A stretch of DNA of 48,926 bases. Origin: an uncultured Thermococci archaeon. Lineage in GTDB: Archaea; CAYQAE01; CAYVLA01. The notes beneath the pieces are model-generated. The model saw nothing but the letters and a program-made list of their open reading frames with translations, ran no database searches and had not been told where the DNA came from. Both the position numbers and the translations under genes were made by a program. The stretch lies in assembly GCA_964549615.1 (NCBI GenBank), contig CAZJVP010000079.1:1-48926 (forward strand). The letters are read 5' to 3'. Below are positions 19,414 through 29,844 of the stretch, piece by piece (within the stretch, counting starts at the first letter, position 1; the number at the start of each line of letters is the position of its first letter).

Positions 19414-19965
19414 CTACCTAGCCTTCTCGACGCCCTTGCCCTTCCTCCTGAGCGCCCTTCCCTTCCGTGCGGCGGAGGTCAGCCCTCTGAAGACGCGTCT
19501 ACGCTGGTGTTTATCGCATATCCAGTTGATGTCCGGATCGGACCTGATGGCGGGGTGGTTTACGTCGGCGAAAAGGATCTCGAAGTACTTGCTGGCCCCA
19601 TCGCTGCCGACCCAGTAGGAGTTGATGACCTCGAGGTTGGGGAACTTCCTGTTCGCCCTTTCCTCGGCAATGCGCTGAAGCGACTTCTTCGCGGAGAAGT
19701 GGTGGACCAACATCCTCCTCGGCCGCCTTCCCATCCGGGGTCGGCTCTTGCGCCTGCCACCCCTCCTGACCCTGACGCGCGCAATCACGAACCCGGGCTT
19801 GGCCTTGTAGCCGAGCTTGCGTGCCCGGTCCAACCTCGTCGGCCTATCGATCCTCACCACAGCGGGCTCCCTGCGCCACTTGATGAGCCGCCGCCTCATC
19901 AACTCTCCGACGTAGGACTCGTCGGGCTTGTCCCAAGCCTTTTCGATCGCCTTGTACATTGACAC
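19414..19965 (-). CDS. rpl15e: 50S ribosomal protein L15e
   Basis: [47 protein letters not shown]. Confidence 0.97.
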   Translation of the reverse strand: MSMYKAIEKAWDKPDESYVGELMRRRLIKWRREPAVVRIDRPTRLDRARKLGYKAKPGFVIARVRVRRGGRRKSRPRMGRRPRRMLVHHFSAKKSLQRIAEERANRKFPNLEVINSYWVGSDGASKYFEILFADVNHPAIRSDPDINWICDKHQRRRVFRGLTSAARKGRALRRKGKGVEKAR

Positions 19966-20070
19966 TCGAGCCCCTCCAATCGTTCAGGTCTGGTGACCCA
20001 CATCCCGGGGCAACGTAGCATTAAAGAAAATGGGCTTAAATATGGTTCACCTTAGGCTCGTGGTGGTCAA

Positions 20071-21159
20071 GTGGTCGAGGAAGCCGTCGACGTCACTCAG
20101 AAGCTGCACGACTTCGGAATGAGCATCTACGAAAGGGTGGAGAAGCTCAAAGCTCCCAGTTTCGCATATCCCTCCAAAGGGCTGAGCAACGTCTTTTACG
20201 AGGAAGCAAGCCGGTTGGTGAGGCAGGGCGGGAAGTCAAGTTCAAGGTCGTTTCTGAACCTCGCGCACACCCGAAAGTTCATGCAGACGCTCATGATCGC
20301 CGCTCGGTGCCAGGATCTCCTGGATGAGTCTAAAACCGCAAGCATCAGGGAGCTCTACTACCAACTGAAGCACAGCCTTCCTGGCCCCAAGGAGGAGAAT
20401 ACCTTTGAGGATCAGACGGAGTCCGACGACTGCGTCGAGGATCTCGAGCGGATGCTGGATGTTCTCAGGGAGCAGCTGCACCTGAACGCGGACAGGCGAG
20501 GCTTCATGCACGGCAGGATCGTGATAGAGGATGTCGGCGACATCATAGACTGCTCCGCGATGGGAAGCGGCGGCTACGCGATCCCGAGCAACATAGAAAG
20601 GATCAAGATCAAGGAGGTCGATGCGGACTACGCCCTGGTCATCGAGACCGACGGTATGTGCGACCGTTTGAAGGAGGAGAAGTTCGACAAGAAAAACAAC
20701 GCCCTGCTCATATCGACCAGCGGCCAGGCGAGCAGGGGCGCCCGAAGGCTGATCCACAGGCTCTCTAGCGAGTTCAGCCTTCCCATCTACGTCTTCACCG
20801 ATGGGGACCCGTTCGGCTACTACATCTACAACGTCATTAAGTGTGGCTCGATCAATTTGGCTTATCTTTCGGAGAGGCTCGCGACGCCTGATTGCAAGTT
20901 CATCGGGATGCGGATGACGGATATCGACAAGTACGGGCTCGAGAAGGTCACTGAGAAGCTCAAGCCGCAGGACGAGAAGAGGGTTCAGGAGGAGCTTTCC
21001 TACCCGTGGTTCAGCAGCAAAGAGTGGCAGGCGGAGCTCAACCTGATGCTCAAGAAGAAGGTCAGGATCGAACAGCAGGCGCTGGCATACAGATCGCTGT
21101 CGTTCGTTGCCGACGAGTACCTGCCGGGAAAGATAGCCGCTGGAGATTTCCTGCCGTAG
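20071..21159 (+). CDS. top6A: DNA topoisomerase VI subunit A (Spo11-like)
   Basis: [11 protein letters not shown] (catalytic Tyr region), [19 protein letters not shown] (TOPRIM), RIEQQAL. Confidence 0.93.
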   Translation: MVEEAVDVTQKLHDFGMSIYERVEKLKAPSFAYPSKGLSNVFYEEASRLVRQGGKSSSRSFLNLAHTRKFMQTLMIAARCQDLLDESKTASIRELYYQLKHSLPGPKEENTFEDQTESDDCVEDLERMLDVLREQLHLNADRRGFMHGRIVIEDVGDIIDCSAMGSGGYAIPSNIERIKIKEVDADYALVIETDGMCDRLKEEKFDKKNNALLISTSGQASRGARRLIHRLSSEFSLPIYVFTDGDPFGYYIYNVIKCGSINLAYLSERLATPDCKFIGMRMTDIDKYGLEKVTEKLKPQDEKRVQEELSYPWFSSKEWQAELNLMLKKKVRIEQQALAYRSLSFVADEYLPGKIAAGDFLP

Positions 21160-21245
21160 AGCGCGAGGGGATCATGCAAACGTCGGCATCGTTGCGAAAC
21201 CGGATCAACCCACCCCTGCAGGCGCCAAAGCCAAGCTGGGCAGAT

Positions 21246-22238
21246 TCAGAGATACTCGCTCCACGCATGGATGACGGCCCTGTCAGCATCCCCAAAGCCG
21301 GCCATCACCTGGTTCCAGTTCTGGTTCACATCGCCGACGGCGTAGAATCCGGGGATGGGCTTTCCCTCGTGGTCGAGGACTCTGCAGTCTTCATCGACCC
21401 GGACATAGCCCTCCTCGTCCGTGGCACCGCCCAGCATGACGGCCAGCTCATTGTTTATCTTATAGATACCGAGGGCTGAGAAGGAGATGTCGAACCTCAG
21501 CTGCTTTCCCCCGCGCAGCCTCACCCCCAGGAAGCCCTCGTCGACCCCGAAAAGGGACTCTATCTCCTCTTCATAAATTGTGACGTTGTTCGAGGCAAGT
21601 TTGGCCACCAGATCACGTTTTCTACTCGATGAGAGCTTCTCCCCATCAAGGAAACGCTCGCCATGAGTTAGGATCGAGGCCGATCTGGCCTGGAAGCCGA
21701 AGAGATCGAGAGCGGTCAGGGCTGCCCTCTCGCCGCTACCGATCACAGCTACTTCCTTGCCCTTGACCAGGTGCCCGTCGCATATCTCACAGTAGCAGAT
21801 TAGGCCCTTGTTGGCGTAGGGGAATACGGCCTCGATCTTTCCGCCTATGACTGGCTGTCTGTCGGAAACGCCGGTTGCCAACACGACCGCCCTAGATGCA
21901 TACTGCCTGCTGGAGCCGGTGGGATTGTGGGTGCCTTTCAGCCTGAAGCCATCCCGCGTTCTCCGGATTTCCTCGACGGTGACAAAGTCCTCGATCGTCG
22001 CGAACTCGGCACGCGCGGCCAGCTGGGTGCGGAGCCGGGAGATGACCTCTTTGCCGCTTATCCCCTCCGGGTATGTCGGGAAATTGTGAAAGCTTGGGAC
22101 ATGGAAGGCCCGGCTCCACTTCTTCCCCTTGTCGACCACGTGTACCCGCACGTTCAACAGGGCGGCCCTGAACCCGGCGTACAGCCCGACGGGACCTCCG
22201 CCCACGATGACAAGGTCAAATGGCTCCTCCCTCTTCAT
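21246..22238 (-). CDS. Thioredoxin reductase-like NAD(P)/FAD oxidoreductase
   Basis: VGGGPVG, LATG, YCEICDG (CxxC), VAVIGSG, YAVGD. Confidence 0.85.
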   Translation of the reverse strand: MKREEPFDLVIVGGGPVGLYAGFRAALLNVRVHVVDKGKKWSRAFHVPSFHNFPTYPEGISGKEVISRLRTQLAARAEFATIEDFVTVEEIRRTRDGFRLKGTHNPTGSSRQYASRAVVLATGVSDRQPVIGGKIEAVFPYANKGLICYCEICDGHLVKGKEVAVIGSGERAALTALDLFGFQARSASILTHGERFLDGEKLSSSRKRDLVAKLASNNVTIYEEEIESLFGVDEGFLGVRLRGGKQLRFDISFSALGIYKINNELAVMLGGATDEEGYVRVDEDCRVLDHEGKPIPGFYAVGDVNQNWNQVMAGFGDADRAVIHAWSEYL

Positions 22239-22426
22239 GGTTGGTTTCGACCGCTGAGGGCAAGATGCTGCCGATGATAAAGCTTGCGCAGACCGCGTTG
22301 GAGGGGCGGGAAAGAGACCGTCTGCGTCGATCCTCTGCCCGGGGCACCCGGCGCACGCAGCCGAGGGGATTCATCTGCGGTCCAGACGTGCCATCCAAAC
22401 TAAGCGCCTCAAAGACGAAGGTTTCC

Positions 22427-22435
22427 TTTATATAA
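22427..22435 (+). promoter_or_regulatory. TATA box upstream of the purF-like gene
   Basis: TTTATATAA in GC-rich context, about 43 nt before ATG 22478. Confidence 0.5.
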
Positions 22436-22477
22436 GCCGCCACTTGGCTGGGCCTGTAGTAAGGCAGGGTGTTTGGC

Positions 22478-23914
22478 ATGTCGGGAGTGATCGGCGTCGA
22501 CTCCGAGGGAAGCGAGAACACGACGGCGATCGCTTTCAGGGCGCTCGTCGCATTGCAGAACCGGGGAGAGGCCGGGTGCGGCGTTTGCACGGCATCGTCA
22601 GGGAAGCTTCTGTATTGGCTGTCGCCCTATTCGGACGATCCCGAGCAGGGGATCTCGGGGGAGGGCAGGGAGAGCAGCAAGGTATTCGAGTTCCTTTACC
22701 CGAGGCTGGAGAAGATCGACGCGACGAGGCCGCGAAGCATCATAGGTCATACCCTCTTCGAGAAGGCGGGGAACATCCAGCCAACCCGGATCAACGGCGA
22801 AGACGTCCAGATGGCGATAGCCATGGACGGCACCGTTGTCGGCAAGGATCGTCTCCTCGACGAGAAATACCTTGGGAATGAGCTGCTTCGCTTCCTGAGA
22901 CAGGAAGATGGGAATCTCCAGGGTGCCGTGAAGAAGCTCATGGAGTCTTTCTACGGAAGAGCCTACTACTGCGTCACCATGCTCCTCAAGAGGAAGGACG
23001 ATGAGCCCGTGATGGCAGCCTTCAGGGATCCCACCGGCGTCAGGCCGTTGTGCCTGGGCAGAGCCGATAATGCCTACGTCGTGGCCTCCGAGTCCGTTGC
23101 CCTGGACGAATGCGCGGCCACGTTTGTAAAGTACGTCGAACCCGGCGAGCTCTGCATATTCAGCGGGGGGAACTACAGCTCTGAGAAGCTTGTGGATCGC
23201 CCCCATGCGCACTGCTTGTTCGAATGGATATACTTCGCCCGGATACAGTCCGTGCTGGAAGGGACGCACGTTTACGAGTTCAGAAAGAGGCAGGGAATCA
23301 AGATGGGGACTAGGTATCGAGATGTGATCCAGGCAAGCGACGTGATAGGTGCTTCTCCCGACTCGGGCCGGGCGTTCGGGGTGGGCGTCAGCCAGAGCAG
23401 CGGGAAGTTCTCCGAGGAGATTGCCTCTAGGAACGCAAGGAGGACCTTCCAGATCACCGACAAGAAGCTGAGGGAATGGGCGGCCGAGGTGAAGTTCCTC
23501 ATAAACGGCCCCGTCGTCAAGGGCAAGTGGGTCATCGTGGAGGACGATAGCATAGTGAGGGGGACGGTTGGCAGCAAGGGCATGATAGGTAAGATCAGGG
23601 CATGCGGGGCGAGGAGGGTCGACATGATGGTGTCATGCGCGCCCCTGACAGGGCCGTGCATGAAGGACTTCTACCCGGAGAGCACCACGGCCGCTTTCGG
23701 CAGATACGGCGAGCCCGTCGAGGAGACGGCGAAGTTCGTCGCCAGGAAGCTCGGGGCGGACAGGGTTTACTACACGACCGTTGAGGACATGCTGGACTCG
23801 CTCGGGATTGATGACGTCTGTACGGGTTGCTTCACGTGCCAGTATCCGATCCTCCAGGACCTTCTGCCAGCCTATCTGCCCAGCTACGCCAAGTCGACGA
23901 TAGAGAGGAGCTAG
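22478..23914 (+). CDS. purF: Amidophosphoribosyltransferase PurF-like, glutaminase nucleophile Cys replaced by Ser
   Basis: ALQNRG, RDPTGVRPLCLG, VASESVAL, CLFEWIYFAR, PDSG, EDDSIVRGT, CTGCFT; N-terminus MSGVIG. Confidence 0.85.
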   Translation: MSGVIGVDSEGSENTTAIAFRALVALQNRGEAGCGVCTASSGKLLYWLSPYSDDPEQGISGEGRESSKVFEFLYPRLEKIDATRPRSIIGHTLFEKAGNIQPTRINGEDVQMAIAMDGTVVGKDRLLDEKYLGNELLRFLRQEDGNLQGAVKKLMESFYGRAYYCVTMLLKRKDDEPVMAAFRDPTGVRPLCLGRADNAYVVASESVALDECAATFVKYVEPGELCIFSGGNYSSEKLVDRPHAHCLFEWIYFARIQSVLEGTHVYEFRKRQGIKMGTRYRDVIQASDVIGASPDSGRAFGVGVSQSSGKFSEEIASRNARRTFQITDKKLREWAAEVKFLINGPVVKGKWVIVEDDSIVRGTVGSKGMIGKIRACGARRVDMMVSCAPLTGPCMKDFYPESTTAAFGRYGEPVEETAKFVARKLGADRVYYTTVEDMLDSLGIDDVCTGCFTCQYPILQDLLPAYLPSYAKSTIERS

Positions 23915-24018
23915 TCAGCCTAGCCATGGGGACGGGTGGACCTCAGCCCTTGAAGCTTGCTCGTAACGAGACACGTTCATGCCCCAAGATGGGTGCCAAA
24001 GGTCAGGGTTCGTCCAAG

Positions 24019-25626
24019 ATGCCTCCCCCAAAGTGGTATGTCATCGCAAAGAACGAGTACCGCATCCACACGGGCAGGGTCAGGGCCATAAGGCCCTATT
24101 TCCCTTTCCTCGTGGCCGGCCTCTTGGCGGCCTACGCAGTCTATCTTGCTCCCGCGCTCGTGAGCTTGTTCGTCGATGAGTTCGTCGCCCTGATGCTCTC
24201 CCAGGCCGCGTTGGCGATGGTCCAGATCGTTCTGTTCTTCGTCTTCATCTACTTCATGATAATACCCATAACGGAGACGCTGCGGGACGTCCGGGCCGGC
24301 GAGCTGGAGATACTGCTCTCGGCCCCCGTGAGGCCGAGCGATCTTCTCCTAGGAGACTTCGTGGGCGAGATGAGCTTCTACCTCATCTTCATGACGGTTA
24401 TCGCAGGCCTGTTCACGGCCGCCCTCAGTCCCTTGGGGCTGGGCGTGGTCCAGATGGTCGTTGTCGTAGCCATCTTCATTCTGGTTTCCGCCTCTGCGTC
24501 TTGGATAGGCACTGTGATTGCCGCGGTTCTGAGGACAAGGCTTGGAGAGACGGCTCGAGGGCGGGACATCGGCAAGGCGCTGTCCTTCGTGATAGCGCTG
24601 CCGCTCGTCGCGCTGATCTACGCGATCCAGTTCGGCGGCCTGATCCAAGCTCTGTCCGATCCTTCGGCAAGCGGAGCGGTCAGGACGGTATTGGGCCTGC
24701 TTCCCAGCTCCTGGGGAGCGAAGGTGATCGTTGGGTTCGCGTCTGAGCCCGGCGGTCTAGGATCCCTGGGACTGCCGGCCATCGGGAGGCTGGGCGGCCT
24801 CGTCGCCTTCTTCCTTGGATCCTTTTACGTTGGTTCCCGGGTTGCGGACAGGCTCTACGCACTCGAGTCTGCCAGCTTCACCTCGCCAAAGGCCGGCGTC
24901 GACGGAGCCTTCTACAGGGCATTGCGGATGATCGGGGGAGGTGGGAACTTCGGGACCCTTCTTGCCTCGACCATGAAGGAATACGCGCGTAGGTTGGAGA
25001 ACCTTTCTCACCTCGCCTACATCTTGGGCATGATCGTCATCATGAGCATCTTCATGGTCCGATCTGGCCGCCCCGACAATTTCGGAAGCGTGGTGCCGTT
25101 GATGATGATACAGTTCCTCCTTCCCATCGTGGCCGTCTTGGTCGTCGGTGAGGTGACCTTGAAGGGGAAGGAGGCCCTCTTCATATTCCGGAAGTCGCCC
25201 GACGGGGTGGGAAGGTTCGTGAAGGCAAGATTGGTCCAGGGGTGGTTGGTCGTCATGCCCCTCGCGGCGCTTGTGGTGGTCATTACCGCCGCAACGAACC
25301 CGCAGATCAGCGTTCGCTCCGTCCTACCCAACATGGGGATGGCCATGCTGTTTGCCGCCGGGAACGTTCCCATGGTCCTGGGCCTCTTCCTCATCAACCC
25401 GGCCTTCTCCGAGAGGTCAGGCAGGTTCTATGTCGATATGCTCGTCGTGATCTCCCTTTCCATCGTCTTCTTCGTCGTCTCGATGGCGTTCCTGATCGAA
25501 CCTTTGGAGGGCATGGATCCCCTGCGGGGAACTCTGCACATCCAAGCCTCGGAGACGGCGATGTGCTGGTCGGCTGGGCTTGCATTTCTGACAGCTGGCA
25601 AATGGAATCTGTCGAGGATCGAGTAG
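24019..25626 (+). CDS. Polytopic membrane protein, putative ABC exporter permease
   Basis: About 12 hydrophobic segments in two halves (IAKNEYR / TMKEYAR), LEILLSAPV. Confidence 0.7.
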   Translation: MPPPKWYVIAKNEYRIHTGRVRAIRPYFPFLVAGLLAAYAVYLAPALVSLFVDEFVALMLSQAALAMVQIVLFFVFIYFMIIPITETLRDVRAGELEILLSAPVRPSDLLLGDFVGEMSFYLIFMTVIAGLFTAALSPLGLGVVQMVVVVAIFILVSASASWIGTVIAAVLRTRLGETARGRDIGKALSFVIALPLVALIYAIQFGGLIQALSDPSASGAVRTVLGLLPSSWGAKVIVGFASEPGGLGSLGLPAIGRLGGLVAFFLGSFYVGSRVADRLYALESASFTSPKAGVDGAFYRALRMIGGGGNFGTLLASTMKEYARRLENLSHLAYILGMIVIMSIFMVRSGRPDNFGSVVPLMMIQFLLPIVAVLVVGEVTLKGKEALFIFRKSPDGVGRFVKARLVQGWLVVMPLAALVVVITAATNPQISVRSVLPNMGMAMLFAAGNVPMVLGLFLINPAFSERSGRFYVDMLVVISLSIVFFVVSMAFLIEPLEGMDPLRGTLHIQASETAMCWSAGLAFLTAGKWNLSRIE

Positions 25627-26014
25627 GCCGTCGGGTCTTGGGTGAGGCAACCCGGGTTCGCGGCCCTTGTAAGCGGCGCGAATGCCCAGTCCGATTGGGT
25701 AGTGCGCCGCCCTGAGGCGTCTTCTTTGCAATAGCTGCGGGTCCGCGGGCGTAATCTGAATCGCTGGCTCGACCCAACGATCCCCGCTCGGTGGATGGGC
25801 CCTTCGCCGAAGGCCTAGGTGGAAACCTTTCGTGGTGAACGGCCAGGCCCACACTTCATCGGTGGAACGATGCGTTCCAGACGGATCCGGTCACCACAGA
25901 TGAAGGGTTCCACCCCCTCGGGAAAGCACAGCTGGGTCCCCGGAGGATTGGCGGGAGCCTCAAGGCTCCATGTCCTCCGGCAGGGTGCCCCAGTGCCTAG
26001 AGGGTGAGTTCGCT

Positions 26015-27193
26015 GTGGTTTCGTCGAAACTCGTTCTGGTATGTCTTTTCGCATCCATTTTCTTCGCAGGCAACGGAGTCGTGTTTTCATGGGATCTGCC
26101 TTGCGACAGCCCGGGGAACCCTCCGGAGTTCCTAGGCTACGCGGGCTGGAATTGGACTGTGCTTGAGCGCCTTTTCGGGTGGCGGTCGGTGTTGCGGTCC
26201 CTGACCATGTTTGACGGGAAGATCGTCTTTCGCGGAGCGCAGGATGACCGTGAGGCTCTCTTTTCCTACGATCCGTCCACCGGCATGCTGCTGGAGTGTT
26301 TCGCGACAGACTGGACGATATGCGATTTCCAGGTCATCGACGGGATGCTGTACGTGGTGACCGGCTACGCGTCATACCCGGTCTATCGCGGCTCGGTATG
26401 GTCTTCCGCGGACCTAGTCAGCTGGACGTTGAACGCCTCCACGGACGACATGGTGCCGCAGAGCATTGGGAAGTATGCCGACGGGACGTTCAAACTCGCC
26501 GGCTGCTGGAGCGACGGGCAGGGTACCCGGACGAGGATTGCCAACCTTTCAGAAGGGCTCGTCACGGTCATCTGGACGGGGAGCGTTTGGGGATCGGATG
26601 ACGGGCTGAGGATCACGATGTTCAACGAGACCCAGATGGTCGTCCTCGATGCATATCCCGTGAACGTCATATACTCAAACGATGGCGTCTCGTGGACAGA
26701 CTCTGAGAGCGTCAGCACCTTTGACTGGCCCGCCGATGCGGAGTTGCGTGATGGCCTTCTCTGGATCGCCGCAATCCCCGGTACCTGGCGGCCGGATCGG
26801 GCGGGGCTCGCGTGTTGGAATGGGAGCGCCATGGTATCCTACGATTTAGGGCGTTGCCCATGGGCCTTGTGCGACGGCTATGTCAGTTTGTCGAACGAAG
26901 TGCTCAGTTTCACCACCTCTCCGAGTTCGAACGCATCGATTTGCAGTTACAATCCGGACGGGTCTCTCGGTGCAAAAGTGCTTGAGATTGTCTGTGATGG
27001 CCGGATTGTCGGGCTCGCGCGGGACCCGGGTGGTGACCTGCTCTATGCGTTGGCCTGGGTTTCCTTTGTCGAGGGGCAGGATGCCCTGTATCTTCTGAGA
27101 GGGGCTCTTTCGCTTGCCATAGCGGAGGGGCGGGCCGTCTTGGCGGGCCTTGCGCTTGCGACAGGGGCAGCGCACTGGGTCCGTTCCCGGTGA
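26015..27193 (+). CDS. Secreted/surface protein, possibly beta-propeller, with C-terminal hydrophobic anchor
   Basis: GTG after GAGGGTGAG; signal peptide; Asp-box-like SSADLVSWT and YSNDGVSWT; tail IAE-hydrophobic-RSR. Confidence 0.65.
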   Translation: MVSSKLVLVCLFASIFFAGNGVVFSWDLPCDSPGNPPEFLGYAGWNWTVLERLFGWRSVLRSLTMFDGKIVFRGAQDDREALFSYDPSTGMLLECFATDWTICDFQVIDGMLYVVTGYASYPVYRGSVWSSADLVSWTLNASTDDMVPQSIGKYADGTFKLAGCWSDGQGTRTRIANLSEGLVTVIWTGSVWGSDDGLRITMFNETQMVVLDAYPVNVIYSNDGVSWTDSESVSTFDWPADAELRDGLLWIAAIPGTWRPDRAGLACWNGSAMVSYDLGRCPWALCDGYVSLSNEVLSFTTSPSSNASICSYNPDGSLGAKVLEIVCDGRIVGLARDPGGDLLYALAWVSFVEGQDALYLLRGALSLAIAEGRAVLAGLALATGAAHWVRSR

Positions 27194-27439
27194 GCTGGTT
27201 CCGACCGGGCGGGGAACAAGGCGGCAGGGCCGGCCACGCGTGATTCGGCGGGTGTGGGTCCCGCACCATGGTTCCAGATGGGCTGATCACCATCGTCGTT
27301 TCCGGGCTTATCGAGGTTGACAGGTCGCGTCCGTAGCAGCATGATGGGCGGGCAATCCGGCCCAAGGCTGGACATTACCTCAAAGACGAAAAAAAAGATT
27401 GACAGGAAGGTGAGAAGAAGAGGACACACCTTCCTGTGC

Positions 27440-28060
27440 CTAGCGCTTTCCTGCTGCTGCGTATATGGCCACGAGCAATGCAATGACTGCTATGACTATC
27501 GATCCCCAGACTGCTCCCGTGGGTGCTGGGTCTCCCTTCTCTCCCTGAGGTCCCTGCGGTCCGGTGTCTCCCTTCTCTCCCTGGGGTCCCTGTTCGCCCT
27601 GGGGTCCCTGTTCGCCCTGGGGTCCCTGTTCGCCCTGAGGCCCTTGCGGACCCGTCATGTCCTCGACTGTGAAACTTGCAGATGCCGAGACTCCTGCGGC
27701 GTCCGTGGCCGTGATGGTGTACGTACCCGGGGTGCTGGTTGGGATGCTGATCATTGCTGCGAAGCTACCCTCCCAGTTGGTCTCCACGGGCGCTGGAACA
27801 CCTGGTATCGGCTCAACGATCCCTTCCCACGTAATTGTCACAGTTGAATAGGGCGTAAAACCCTCGCCGACTATCGTGGTTGTTGCAAAACCGCTCTGCG
27901 GCGTTACTTGTACGGACGCGGCCGCTGTCTCGTTGAACTCCGTGCCTGCGGTTTCGTTGGAGGCGTCTTCGGCGCATGCGATTGGAATGCCGATCGTGGA
28001 GGTGATGAAGACTAGCACCAGAGCTGAGATCATGGCCTTTCCGCTGACATGGCTTCTCAT
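27440..28060 (-). CDS. Collagen-like (Gly-X-Y) membrane-anchored surface protein
   Basis: Signal peptide, Thr-rich Ig-like segment, 14 Gly-X-Y triplets, C-terminal TM plus KR; CAGGAGGTG RBS. Confidence 0.85.
   Translation of the reverse strand: MRSHVSGKAMISALVLVFITSTIGIPIACAEDASNETAGTEFNETAAASVQVTPQSGFATTTIVGEGFTPYSTVTITWEGIVEPIPGVPAPVETNWEGSFAAMISIPTSTPGTYTITATDAAGVSASASFTVEDMTGPQGPQGEQGPQGEQGPQGEQGPQGEKGDTGPQGPQGEKGDPAPTGAVWGSIVIAVIALLVAIYAAAGKR
27579..27632. repeat. 3 x 18-bp tandem repeat CCCTGGGGTCCCTGTTCG inside the collagen segment
   Basis: Exact copies at 27579, 27597 and 27615, encoding GEQGPQ units. Confidence 0.9.
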
Positions 28061-28429
28061 GGTTTCTCACCTCCTGGTAGGTTTCTTCGCGTCGTGGCGG
28101 AATTTGCACGCAGGCAATCCGAACCTCATCGGTGTCCTGCTGTGTCAACGCCAAATGACAGAGTGCGGAACATCTTATGTGGGTTGACCGGGACCCGATG
28201 GAACGGTTCGTTCCACAATCGTTTGAGGGGTCATGCTACCGGCGATTGCCTCTCACGTTTCCGGTGTGTTGGTCTGGAAGCCCGCTGGCGGTCTTGCGCA
28301 AGGTCTGCGCATGATCTTTCCTTGGATGCAGTCCTTGTGTTTGCCCGCCTGAGAGAGGGCTCCCGCCTTGAAGGGAATCGTTTGTGCGGGCTATGAAAGG
28401 ATTCAGGTGCCTTGAGCGTTGATCAGAGC

Positions 28430-28786
28430 CCAGTGCAGGAACTGGTGAGCCCGAACCGACATATTTCAACGCGTTCTATCGAGGCAGCGAATCCATGGCT
28501 GTCTTGGTCGTGTGACTCAAGAGCCTTCATCTTGTCACCGGCTACATCATCGCTGACCAGATCTCTGGAGCGGCCGCCTGGGCAAGCCTGTGTAGCAACA
28601 GGGAGTTCCGGTGCTTCCTGCTCGGCTTGGCGCTCAAGGATACCGGTATGGCCGCACAAGGCATTCTCGGCCCAAGGGCACTCAGGAAAGCGCAGAGGGA
28701 ACACCTTCCTGCCGCGGGGGCCATCTCAGCGTCTTCCAGCTGGCTCTGCGCCGTCTCTAGGTGGCATTCGCTTCCTTTGAATCCAT
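28430..28786 (-). pseudogene. Decayed HEPN gene, homologous to 36531-36992
   Basis: Starts MDSKEANA then frameshifts into TAQSQLEDAEMA...AKPSRKHRNSL; premature stops; left boundary approximate. Confidence 0.85.
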
Positions 28787-29420
28787 GCCCCCGTCTCCTC
28801 GTCCCGAGCCCAATCCTTGAACAACTGACTGTTCCTGATGGAGAGCAACCCTTGCAGGCCCTCGCGATCGTAGAGCACTTTTTAGCCTTCCAGGAGCCCG
28901 AATGAGAACGCCGCCCTGGCTTAGAGGTTGGCGGCCAGTCCGTCAAGTCATGAAGACGGCTTCCACCGGCACGTCGTACTTGAACATGAGATGGTACACA
29001 AGGTCTTCAGATCCTCCTCCGTCTCTTCCTCGGAGACTATCAGGAGGTCGATGTCACCTTCGGGCGTCGTCCGTCCTTTCGCCAAGCTGCCGAAGAGTAT
29101 GACAGCCGTTACTCGATCATCCCACCCGGCTCCTCCCCTATCAGCCTGGGCTTGGTTTCGGTAAGCAAGCGGTTCCTTACAATCGGCAAGAATAGCGGAT
29201 CCGAATCCACCGCCTCGGACAGCCTGATTAGTACGTATCGATCGCCCCCGACGCTCGGTGACCTGGGACTGGCGGAGCTCCTAAAGTTTGTTCGGGAGCG
29301 AGCGATGGCTAAGCTGGGTGGCGGATCTTAGCTCCCCGTAGGTCTTGGGGCTGTCCAGCAAACACGACACTATCGTACCCTCCGCGTCATCTCCACGAGG
29401 GATGTTTTTCTGTGCACTGC
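28757..29420 (-). pseudogene. Decayed wHTH-nucleotidyltransferase gene, homologous to 36962-37627
   Basis: Colinear nucleotide similarity (e.g. AGCGATGGCTAAGCTGGGTGGCGGAT, GGCACGTCGTACTTGAACAT) with frameshifts and in-frame stops near 28882 and 29281. Confidence 0.85.
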
Positions 29421-29844
29421 TCAACCCCGCTCCTACGCCTGCCTAGAAACCCTGGGGGATTCGACCCGGGATTGCGCCCGGGATCTCTCCGGCAGCGTTT
29501 CCACATTCGGTCCTCGCGCGAAATAGACCCAACCCGGTGAAGCGAACGCCGGCAGGTCTGGTTGAAGGGTGCAGCGATAAGTAAGAGAACGTGGGGGACC
29601 AAGAGGGATGCCTGTCTTGAGTCCTTCACCCTACCATCATCTCCTTTATTTCCGGGTCGCACCTGGAGCGATCGACTGCTTGCTACTCGATTGTGGATGT
29701 TCCTTTTGGTATAGTCCTCCATTTGCTTTAGGGATTCCAGTCGTTCCTTTCTCTCAGCGATCCTCCTGCCAAGTTCTCCCTCCCCTCGGGCAGGCTCTGC
29801 CAACAAGGCGTTGACCGATTGGCTTCGATCTGGATCTCGGCTCA

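Noticed and set aside
27579-27632. Short repeats considered as a CRISPR array
   Set aside because: Contiguous 18-bp units without spacers, in frame in a collagen domain; no cas genes in the window
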